Source: Octopus bimaculoides
Taxonomy: Eukaryota
Length of the DNA: 63,550 nt
Reading direction: 5' to 3'
Assembly (NCBI RefSeq): GCF_001194135.2
Contig: NC_068981.1
Coordinates: 56,825,725 to 56,889,274 of the forward strand
Shown: piece after piece, positions 53,215-63,550 of the stretch
Numbering within the stretch: position 1 is the first letter of the stretch
Layout: every line of letters starts with the position of its first letter
Notes under the pieces: generated by a model
Database searches by the model: none
Told to the model about the DNA's origin: nothing
What the model saw: the letters and a program-made list of their open reading frames with translations, nothing else
Position numbers and translations under genes: made by a program

Positions 53215-53990
53215 TACACTAATCATAAAGGCTTCTAATTTAGGCACACGGTGTCACGCCGCGCAAGATTCTTAGGGATTGATAAAATAACTATCAGCTG
53301 AGCACTGGGGTTGATGTAATCGACTTACCCACTCCACTGTATTTGCTGGCCTTGTACCAAAAAATTGAACTCAATATTACTACTGCAATCAGAGTAATGA
53401 GTTGGCAGAATCATTTGCACTTCAAAAGAAATGGCATGCGTATTTCCTCTGGTTCTTTATCTTCTCAGTTCAAATTACTCAAAGGTCAACTTATCTTTCA
53501 TCTTTACGGGGTCTATAACATAAAGCACCAGTTAAGTAATAGGGTCGATGTAATTACTAATTCCCTGCCTTAAAAACATTTGATCATGTGCCTAAATCAG
53601 AAATCATAAAATTACAGAATCATTAGAGCGTCGGACTAAATACCTATGTCGTATTTCTTCCGGCTCTTTTACGTTCTGAGTTAAATTTGCATTGCGGTCG
53701 ACTTTGCTCATCTTCTCTTCGAAGGATGTAATCTGTTAATTCTCTCATCTGAAAATTGTTGGCCTTGAGCCTAAATTGATTTCACATTTTGACACAAGGC
53801 CAGAAAATTCGGGAGTTGGGATAAGTCGATTACATCGATCCCAGTGTTCAATGGGTATTTATTTTATCGATCTCGAAAGGATGAAAGACAATGTCGACCT
53901 CGGCGGAATTTGAAATCAGAACGTAAAAACGGACGAAATGCCGTTATGTATTTTTTTCCTTGTGTGCTAACGATTCCGCCAGTCCACCGC
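53215..53990. mobile_element. Cluster of SINE family B copies (three +, one - at ~53760-53990)
   Basis: Repeated gagttggcagaatc / gtcgactttg / gatgtaatcgacttaccc motifs. Confidence 0.75.
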
Positions 53991-54069
53991 CTTGATTTCT
54001 GTTGCAATAATAAAGTCTGTAGTATCTGCACAGCTCTTCATTAAATCTCTTCATTAAAAATAAAACATC

Positions 54070-55070
54070 ATTGATGCTTTATTTTTATTTCATCTTCAAT
54101 ATTATGTTAATATCTACTGGAAAACTGATTTCTACTACTATTCCTCTCTTCTGTTCAAGACCATTTTGCCTGGTCTTTTATGCTTACATTTTATTGAGGC
54201 TTTGACAGGAACATTCCATTGATATTCTTTCATATTAGGGATTCTTACATCCTCAACATCATAGTTATGTATTGCAGTTTGGTCTTCATGACTATCATTT
54301 CTAAGGAGGATTACATTATATAGTATTTTGACTGCTACATCATGCCTCACAGGTAGATATTTTCGTGATGACATTTTTGGACAGCTGAATTAACACATTT
54401 TCAGCGTTAATTCCACAGAGTCTGCATCTATTGTCGTATTCCTATCTCTTTTGTGCAAAAGGTGTTTTGCTGTTTTTATTTCCTGTTTCTAGATATTTTT
54501 CAAAGTGAGAGCTAATATACCGGTTGTTGGTCAAAGACAGAGTCCTTTGATTATCTATTCAATACTCACTCTGAAGTTTTCTGACAACATAGTCGTGCAT
54601 GACCTTCTGATATTAAACAGAAATTCTTTCATCAGACGTTCTTTTGCAGTAGGGCCGTACTGCTTCCTTGAGTATGTTTCCAACTCCCACGATACTGTTT
54701 TCTTCATGTTTGCAGACTTTATCCATAGATACACTTCGATGATTAGTCGTTGTTATCGAAGAGATATGTTATGACATATCACTTCGAAACTTGTTTGAAT
54801 CGATAGTAAGGCTTGTTTTCGTTTTACGTAGAGGCGGTCAATATTACAGCTAGTATGGAAATGTGTGATAGTGGTTAATAGTTTCCTGTTTAAACATCAA
54901 TGGAATCTCTTCTAGTGTCCAATCCTGTATTTCAAATGTTGACATGAGTACTGGTATAGCAAAAACACTGTTGGTCATGGATTTATTGAATACAGAAAAC
55001 TGTAATGGCCATATTTTATTCCGGTGTTAAACTCCTTGGCTACGTGTTATTTCATACATTCTCTAACGTA
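54070..55070 (-). mobile_element. REL-endonuclease LINE fragment (RT C-terminus, CCHC finger, REL start), same family as 42079-42752
   Basis: DWTLEEI..IDRLYVKR, NRCRLCG..SCPKMSSRKYLPVRHD, EYQWNVPVKASIKCKHKRP..NRREE..EISFPVD. Confidence 0.8.
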
Positions 55071-55799
55071 GAATATATTTTCATACATCCGGGTACCTGG
55101 AGTATTCGTCATGTCCGTGTATACAAATGATTATGAGACAAAAGCATATAACAATCGTAATTTTTTTCCAGGCCAAAGTTACCTTAAATAAATGGAGACT
55201 AATCTATTTTGAATCGATCTTAAACTTGACTAAATGGTGTCTTTTCTTGTACTCTGTATAATCAAGCGAGTTGAAGTTAGTGGAAAAAGAAGCTTGAAGC
55301 CCCCACGCAACTAACTTCTGAGGCCACCATCAAATTGCTTCATTCCAATGTGAATTGACAGGATTGTTCGAAAGGCGGATTTGAACCACCGACCACAGGT
55401 GAAGAGCCTTTTAAACGAAAATAAAATTCCGCTGCTCTTGCTTTTTTGTAATTCTTGACCAACCTTCAACTTTTATGTAAAAATTGATGGCAAATATGCA
55501 TAGGATTTACATTTATTATGTACATACGCACATTTCCGCCCATTTGTAAACCTGTCTACTTACATGCATACGTACAAAAAGAAATCATGTCTGTGCGTAT
55601 ATGTGGGCCTATATGTGTCTGTGTGCCTATGTGCACAACCTCGTATACACATTAAATTAAAATGTCTATATTATAAATGCTAACATACACGCACACACAC
55701 GCACAAACACTAATACACACCCCCACTCACACACGCATACATATATAAAATACTTTTCAAAGTATACATGTACGTGAGTGAGTGTGTAAACATACATAC

Positions 55800-55835
55800 A
55801 TGCATTTACATATACATATATATATATATATGTGT

Positions 55836-55881
<46 letters not shown>

Positions 55882-56020
55882 NNNNNNNNNNNNNNNNNNN
55901 NNNNNNNNNNNNNNNNNNNNNNNNNNNNNNNNNNNNNNNNNNNNNNNNNNNNNNNNNNNNNNNNNNNNNNNNNNNNNNNNNNNNNNNNNNNNNNNNNNNN
56001 NNNNNNNNNNNNNNNNNNNN

Positions 56021-56080
<60 letters not shown>
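55800..56080. repeat. (TA)n, then a gap, then (AG)n
   Basis: Seen directly. Confidence 0.9.
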
Positions 56081-56084
<4 letters not shown>

Positions 56085-56799
56085 AAGGAGATAGAGAGAT
56101 AATTGATATTTTTTTTTAAATAAATCTATAAAAAGGAAGAGAAAAAATCTTAGATATGAGAGCAGTAGGTTCGGTCTGTCAGCGTCTAATGCCAATTGTG
56201 AACCTCAACCATATTTATGGATCGTATGCTTACGGCCTTTGAGGATTTCATGGTTTGTCAAATCTCCATATATCGAACTTCTGTGCTTGTCACACAAGCT
56301 TCACGATGTACAAGTTAGCTTTACTTTATTTGTTAAGTTCTTATGTTTGGTTGTTTAGTATGTTTACTTCTTAAGTTTGTTTGCAATAATTTTATTTATT
56401 TATTTATTTATTTAAATACATAGATGAATTGCTTTTTGGTTATTTATTTCATGTGTTCGTTTTTGTTTTTTTACTTATTTTTTTAAACCTTTACTACTGA
56501 GTATTTCCTTTTACTATTGCTAGAGATGTACGCTGTTCCCGCCCTGCTATATGTATATTTTTTTTTTTCATATATTTGTTGTTTCGTTTTCTTTTTCGTC
56601 TTCTTCTGCTGCCTCACCCCCGACACCACACACATACAAATACACACACACTCACACACTTCGTTTCACCTCTGCATTTTTTTCTTATATCTATATCTAC
56701 TCTTTATTCTAAAATGAAGAATTTACTTTTTATCTTCTTATTTTATGAGTTGAAAATAAGCTGAACAGAGAATAAACTAAAGTAGTTGAAGACTTAAAG

Positions 56800-56861
<62 letters not shown>

Positions 56862-57250
56862 TAATAATAATAACAATTTGTTACTCAGAGAATACGTGGA
56901 AGACAAATGATTGTTTTCTGCAGTTATGATATTGAGGTTGAGAACTTGTAGCGATTTGACATTGAAAGACCAAAGACTAAAATTGAATATACATACATAC
57001 ACACACACATACATACATACATACATACATACGTACGTACGTACGTACGTACGTATGTCTATATGTATGTGTGTATATATATATATATGTATGTATGTGT
57101 ATACATATACGTACGTGTGTATATATTTATATATTCATGCGTATATACGTATATACTTGCATATATACATAAGTACATATATGTGTGTGTGTTTGTGCGT
57201 GTGCGTGTGTTTGTGCGTGTGCGTATGTGTGTGTGACTGTGTATACACGC
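56800..57250. repeat. (AAT)n, (ACAT)n-(ACGT)n and (TG)-rich microsatellites
   Basis: Seen directly. Confidence 0.9.
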
Positions 57251-57829
57251 ACATTTTATTTTAACGCTTTCATATTCTTGTTTATAGAGATAGGGTGCGA
57301 AAACAGAATAATTAGAGTAAACTAAACTTATAGCTCCGCATTCAACTATTTTCGTACTCTCTTTATTTTGTTTGACTGGTTATATATGCCAACTTAATAA
57401 TATTATATAAATCTCAATGAAAAACTCAATCTTGTAGTGTGCATATTGAGGTCAGGCCAGGCCAGGCCAGGAAAAACAATGAGTTGGATAGTTTGGTAAC
57501 TTTTCACCTTCTGAAGGAAGGATTGCAATTGTAACAGTAGCATTTTAGTTCACCTGACGCCATGTCACAATAATGTTTACTAAGGCCGTCCACGTCTTAT
57601 TTTGTGAATATAATCTCTGTAAATGATTGCCTCAGCGCTTCATTAAGTAGGTATTAACCATTAGTTCTAAACGAGCAATTTAACTCACAAGGCTTAATGG
57701 AATTACTGGTAATAAAATTCTTCGCTGTTGATGTCTTAATTTCAAATTATTTCAATTAAATTGTTTTCTATAATGATGGTTGATCGGGAAATGTCTGTGG
57801 AAGGTTTATTATCCTTCTGTAAAATTTCT

Positions 57830-58130
57830 ACCCGGATTAAATAGGAAACTTTACCGTTTCGTCAATGATAGTATGGGATTATTTAGAAACACATCCACAT
57901 CACCTTGATACATCTCGGCTTTTCCAACCGAAATGTATTTCAAAAAATTTCATTACTCCTGATATGGATCAATATAAAAGATAATGGTTTATCTCAATGG
58001 TCAAACATTAGAACATTTAGAAAAGACTTTAAACAGAAAACTTCAACAATTTCGATTAGGGATTAACAATCTTCGCAAAGATGACCACAATTAACTACAT
58101 AGATATTACACTCAACTTCAGTAGTGTTAT
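57830..58130 (+). mobile_element. Penelope-like RT fragment
   Basis: LYRFVNDSMGLFRN (a degenerate LYRDDGL motif) and GQTLEHLEK..KMTTINYIDITLNF (VNFLDVTLNL-like). Confidence 0.55.
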
Positions 58131-58416
58131 TTAGTAATGTTTGCGTGTATGTGTATGGGTGCGTGCCCGTGTTCATTAACTTATTGTTTTAAAGTAACTT
58201 TCAGAATAATAACAGATAATTAAAAACAATTCATATTGACTGGGACCTTCGGTTTCTCCTGATGGTTTATTTAACTGATTGAATAAACAATCAGACGCAA
58301 CTTAAAGTTCCAGACAACTAAATTTTAATTATACATACATACATACATATATATAATTGTTGAGGACTTCCATAAAATGAAACCATTAGGCGGCTCTCCC
58401 GAATTCTGTGGCGTTA

Positions 58417-58575
58417 CAGTAATCCCTCGACTATCGCGGGTGTTACGTTCGAAAATTATGTAAAATAAAATTCTAATTGATGAATATAAATTTCTTAGAA
58501 AAAAATTTTTAAACCAGTGATATACACAAACAAAACGTGTGGGTGAAATGAATCTCGTAGTGTGAAGAATCAACA
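58417..58575 (+). mobile_element. Tigger/pogo-like TIR remnant
   Basis: ta|cagtaatccctcgactatcgcggg resembles pogo/Tigger TIRs; the right end is degenerate. Confidence 0.4.
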
Positions 58576-58696
58576 TAACGTGCGGTGTCGTGATAACTAG
58601 CCGTTAATGACTCGCTGTCTGTTGATTGGCTAAAATTACCCAAATTTTCCAAACTTTAGTTCCAAATAACATCTCATTCTTTAGTTTACGAGATTA

Positions 58697-59360
58697 GGAT
58701 CTATTTCAAAACGGGAGCACCAGTTTTCGTTTATGTTTTATGTAGTGTTTTTGGTACCGAAAGACTTTCAAACTTCGTATACTTATCTATTTTGTGTTTA
58801 TAGAACAGAAAAAAAAAATTGTATTCGAATTTATTTCATGTAAAAAATTGTCTTATTTCGATAATTTCTACTAATCACTGACGTCTATTCAGTTGAAAAC
58901 AGTTAGCGCTGTAACGGTGTATATCGTATTAATCCCCTAACCCTAACTAGACTGTTAACCCTAACCCTAACCCTAACCCTAACCCTAAAACTAACCCTAA
59001 CTCTAGAATCCGAACTCTAAAATTGTTACACACATAGATACGCACAGCGTAATTTATTATATAAACAATATATGCGTATAAATTACGATTAAACCGGATG
59101 AAATATGTCACAGGGAATAACATTTTTATGACCGCTCAGCAGTAACTCTATTCAGCTGAATAGACGTCAGTGATTGGTTGAAATTACAGAAATACGACAA
59201 CTTTAACATGGAATAACTTGCGATGTACGTTTTTTTTTGTTAAGAAGACTAAGAGTAAAAGATGTTTTATATGACACATTCTACCAGTGTCCCAAGTTTC
59301 AAAGTGTTTCGTTAGTGTTTCGTTAAGAAAATACTGGTGCCTCCGTTTTGAAATAGATCC
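58697..59360. mobile_element. 664-bp MITE with ~32-bp TIRs, 8-bp TSD (CGAGATTA) and internal telomeric repeats
   Basis: Left ggatctatttcaaaacgggagcaccagttttc; the right end reverse-complements to ggatctatttcaaaacggaggcaccagtattttc. CGAGATTA at 58689-58696 and 59361-59368. Confidence 0.9.
58937..59003. repeat. Interstitial telomeric-like (TAACCC)n tract
   Basis: Five perfect units at 58956-58985 plus degenerate units; TTAGGG on the minus strand. Confidence 0.9.
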
Positions 59361-59778
59361 CGAGATTAAGTAATTAGTTGATCGTAATCACCATTCAGAA
59401 CTGCATCGATGCAGCAAAATTGAAAACAATCTGAACAAAATTAAAGGGGGCTGATTTTATAACTGAAACAGACTAGATCTCTCTCTCTCTCTCCAAAAAA
59501 TTCCCCAAAAAACACAGAGAAACATAAAAATTAAAAAAACAAACGAACATGTGGATGTAGTACGAGCAATGTATTCATAAGGCGTTCAGAGAAGGAAAAG
59601 AGTAGTAGTTTTACATTTTGAGTATAGCTCTTCTTTGGAAACAGGAAAAACAGGAAAGTCCAAGATGAAGGAGAAAAAAATCGCCAACAGTCATGCGTGA
59701 TTACATTTTTGAAGTGACCGAAAGTAGAAGGAACGAAGAGAAAGTGCTTTCTGGGACAGGAAAGTGTGAAAAAGGTCA

Positions 59779-59779
<1 letters not shown>

Positions 59780-59814
<35 letters not shown>

Positions 59815-60323
59815 TACCGCGTGTATGTATAGTAGCGTGTCTGTAGCAGCAACTGCGTGTATGTGTGTGTGTGCGCAGTAGCATTTCTGCGTGTGATAGT
59901 AACTGTGTGTGCGTGTGTGCGCGGTAGATGTGTGCGCGTATGTGGTGTGTGTGTGTGTGTTTGCGTATGTGCGTAGTGTGTGTGTGTGTGTGTGTGTGCG
60001 CGGTAGATGTGTGTGTGTAGTAGTAACTGCGTGTGTGCGTATGTGGTGTGTGTGTGGTATTAACTCTGTGTGTGTGTGTTTGTGTATGTGCGTAGTGTGT
60101 ATGTGTGTTATGATCTGTGTGCGTGTATGTTAAAGTCGCTCTGAGAGGTCAGCAGCTATAGTAACAGGTGTGTAAATGGGGGTTTGTGACAGTGTGTGTG
60201 TGTAGATGGAAGAGTCAATTGTGAGTCAGAAGCAGAGGCAGTTTGAAACAGGTGTTAGAATGGGTGGATGTGACTGTGTGCATGGGTGGGTAGGATATAT
60301 ATATTTGTATGAATGCTTAAGTG

Positions 60324-60360
<37 letters not shown>

Positions 60361-60920
60361 ATACACATACATGCATGCGATCGAGATATAGTGTTTCGCT
60401 TCTCTAACGCTTTGTAAGAGTTCGAAGATAGTTTTTTTTTTTAATCTCTTAAAAATCAGGTTTTTCCTGTACAGAGATTGTGAGAAATGAAAGGAGGTCG
60501 GACAAAATGCAATGTTTAATAAAAAGAAGATTGCTTCGATTTGTAAAATTGTCCAAAATTATGTCGGAGAAAGAAAAATAATATAGAAGCGAACCATTCT
60601 ATTTGTTCATCAATAAAGGCGGCCCAAGCAAAACTGTTTACTAATATCTCGTTAGAGAATACATGATTTTAATGTAAAGGTCGATATTTAAATGAGTATA
60701 TATATATACGTTGCATATTAATTCATGTTGAATACTTGATCATTTGATTGAGGTGATCATCATGTATGGATGTATGAATGTATGCATGTACGCTGGTGTG
60801 TGTGTTTATGTATGTATGTATGTATGTGTGTGTATGCGTGTGTGTATATGTGCGCGTGTATGTGTGTGTGCGTGTGTGCGCGTGTGTGTGTGTGCGTGTG
60901 TGTGTGTGTGTGTGTGTGGA
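59780..60920. repeat. Extended cryptic (TG)-rich low-complexity region with (CA)n tracts
   Basis: Seen directly (59780-60130, 60327-60370, 60760-60918). Confidence 0.85.
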
Positions 60921-61635
60921 CGCACATAAAAGGGAGAGCAAAGCAGCGTCTGTGATGGAGAAATATTTAAGGTTTTGGGCCTGCAGGCCGACATCAACTC
61001 ACTCAATTCGATTGTTTATAATTCAGGGCAAGTATTTCATAGACGACGAGCTTGTTTTGTGGGCCGCTTCAAGCAATTTTTGACTTAATGTAATTCCAGT
61101 TCACTGTGTCATTGTCATTAAAATTCACAGGGAGATTGCTTGAATTTATGCTTTAATTTGCTATTATTTTTTTATTAGTTTTGCTGGGTCTTTTTTTTTT
61201 TAGTTTTAAATTAAAGTCTAAATAACTTAGTATGATGAAGAGCGAATGAAATGGTCTGTACAATATCTCTCGACCCGCTAAAAATGGCAACCAAATCACT
61301 CTTAAATCATACTATACTGTATTTAAAAATGAAGGGAAAGATAAATGAGGAAATGCGGCCTGGCATAAACTGTCTCAAACGAACTCGATGATAAGTCGAT
61401 TGTGTTTTGGTCAAAACTGTTACTCGATCAGAGTTTCCCTGGTGATAAACTACATTTACATCATCAACAACAATGACGACGTAAAGTTACCAAATTAACA
61501 TTCTAATGAACTCAAGGATTTCTTTTAAAAGGTTTAAATCAATGCTCGAACCCGTAGAGATTCTCACCTGAAAAATAAAAAGGACCAAGAAACTGTAATG
61601 ATATGAAGAAAAATGTTGTCACTTAACATTCTGTT

Positions 61636-62285
61636 GGAAGGCGGCGAACTGGCAAAATCGTTAGCAAATGCTTAGCGAAATGCTTAGCGGTATTTCGTCT
61701 GTCGTTACCTTCTGAGTTCAAATTCCGCCGAGGTCGACTTTGCCGTTCATCCTTTCAGGGTCGATAAATTAAGTACTAGTCGCGTACTGTGTCGATTTAA
61801 TCGACTATCACCCTCTCCCAAAATTTCGGGCCTTGTGCCTAGAGCAGAAAAGAAAAGAATATTCTGTTGTAAAAGCGGCGAGCAAGCAGAATCGCTAGCA
61901 CACCGGGCAAAATGCCCAGCAGTAGTTCGTCCGTCTTTATGTTCCGGGTTCAAATTCTTCCGAGATCGACATTGTCTTTCATCCATTTGAGTACTGGGGT
62001 CGATGTGATCGACTTAACCGCTCTCTGAAATTGCTGACCATGTGCAAAACTTTGAAACCAATATTCTGTCGTTGTGAGGAGGTGAACTGACAGAAGCGTT
62101 ACCGAGCCGAGCAAAATTCTTAGCAGCATTCGTTCGTCATTGCGTTCCGATTTCAAAATCCGCCGAGGTCTTTCATCCTTCGGAGTCGATAAAATAAGTA
62201 CCTATTGAACACTGGGATCAACGTAATCGACGTACCCATTACCTCGAAACTGCTGGCCTTGTGCAGAAATTTGAAACTAAAATCC
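61636..62285 (+). mobile_element. Three head-to-tail SINE family B copies
   Basis: Heads at ~61636 (aaggcggcgaactggcaaaatcgttagc), ~61872 and ~62075; the core gtcgataaa(a)taagtac is present in the first and third, and the second is internally deleted. Confidence 0.85.
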
Positions 62286-62719
62286 CATTGTTGTGTCCGA
62301 TAATGAAATGCATAATCTCAATTCGCATACAAGAAATAGGATTGGTCATGAAGTAATTCATAATCTTTCGAATATTGATTGTCCTTGGTTAGGTACACGT
62401 TCACCATTTGCAAGGAATACATATTATCAACGTAATCTTCGCCAGCAAAATGATTGATAATTGTTTCATCGACACTGGTTGGATGAAAATGTAAAGATGC
62501 ACCTGGTGGGATACGAAGTTAAAATGTAAAGGATGGAACAATTATGGTAAATCGTGAATAAAATCCACAAAACATGGTGTTTTTAACAGATAAATGTAAA
62601 CAAAAAAACCAATTCGCATAACAACAAAATAAAACATAGAGCGATATTGTTATTGATGAGATACTACACAGGTCTGTGAGTTGTATGTCATGTACACATT
62701 GTGAACATAAACTAATGAA

Positions 62720-63550
62720 AGGACTCACTATAATTACTTCTTGTTTGCAAACACATACTTTCGCCAAAAATGTGGTATCGCGATGGGTACCAAAGCTGCA
62801 TCAGTCCTTGCGAACCTCATAATAGGTTTTTTTGAATTATCACTATATGAAATCTCACGCCAGAAATTTGGACACCTTTTCCACATCTACTTAATGGATA
62901 ACGGGAAAAGATACTTGGATGATTGTTTCATCATATGGAAGGAATCCTATGAAAAACTTCTAGAGTTCAAAGCCATACTTAACAACATACAACCCAGCAT
63001 TCAATTCACTATGGAATTCAGCAAACATCATCTCCCTTTTCTTGATCTCTTAATTATAAAAACACCGAATAACCAAATCACAACCGACATCTACCACAAA
63101 CCTACAGACTCACAACAATACCTCCTTTTCAGCTCATGCCACCCAAAACACACCAAGATAAATATCCCCTTCAATTTAGCTAAAAGAATTTGCACCATTG
63201 TCTCTGACCCAACCACTCGAGAAATACGCTTACAAGACCTCAAGAAAAACACTATTACAACGCCAATATCCCCCCACACTCATAGACTTTGGAATAAAAC
63301 GTGCCAAGGAACTTGACAAAAACACACTAAAAACCAACCAACACAATAACACACCCAACCCCAAAATACTTCCATACATCTCCACCCACAACCCCAAAAA
63401 CATCGAAGCATACACCACAATCAAACAAAACCTCCCCTTACTCACCACAGACCCGAAAATGAAAAATATCATCAATACACACAAAGTCCTTAAATGCAAA
63501 AGGCAACACAAATCTTTGAAAAAATTCTTAACCAATGGCAAGCTACATCC
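62720..63550 (+). mobile_element. Penelope-like element RT, 5'-truncated and relatively intact, running off the window end
   Basis: NYFLFANTYFRQKCGIAMGTKAASVLANL..KRYLDDCFIIW..IQFTME..LPFLDLLI..TDIYHKPTDSQQYLLFSSCHPKHTKINIPFNLAKRICTIVS. After one frameshift near 63245 it continues TLLQRQYP..ILPYISTHNP..KRQHKSLKKFL. Confidence 0.92.

Noticed and set aside
58937-59003. Real telomere or chromosome-fusion scar
   Set aside because: The tract is short, single-orientation and enclosed within a TSD-bounded MITE.
62519-62767. Hydrophobic ORF resembling GPCR TM2-TM3
   Set aside because: Hydrophobicity is explained by T-rich sequence; its N-terminus is the antisense of the Penelope RT; diagnostic motifs are absent.

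Overview
AT-rich, repeat-saturated animal DNA from a gappy short-read assembly (10 N-runs). The SINE families and microsatellite load strongly suggest Octopus; this is pattern recognition, not a database result. No host protein-coding gene, rRNA, true tRNA gene or CRISPR array can be supported. The window reads as intergenic or giant-intron sequence made of decayed transposons: three Tc1/mariner remnants, a hAT derivative, a Helentron-type non-autonomous element, a MITE carrying telomeric repeats, RTE LINEs, L1/Tx1-like LINEs, restriction-like-endonuclease (REL; R4/NeSL/Hero-type) LINEs, five or six Penelope-like fragments and at least three tRNA-derived SINE families. Most long ORFs in the track are microsatellite or N-gap artefacts. 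The best second-look items are: (1) an L1/Tx1-like element with near-complete ORF1 whose ORF2 start is joined in frame to the ORF2 end (28.5-30.3 kb); (2) a 664-bp MITE with an exact 8-bp TSD and an internal (TAACCC)n tract boxed by an inner inverted repeat; (3) REL-LINE ends associated with (ACAT)n; (4) a ~490-bp TIR-less unit that interrupts a mariner and recurs 2.9 kb away. I found no convincing new biological system beyond these TE architectures. Coordinates of decayed elements are approximate.
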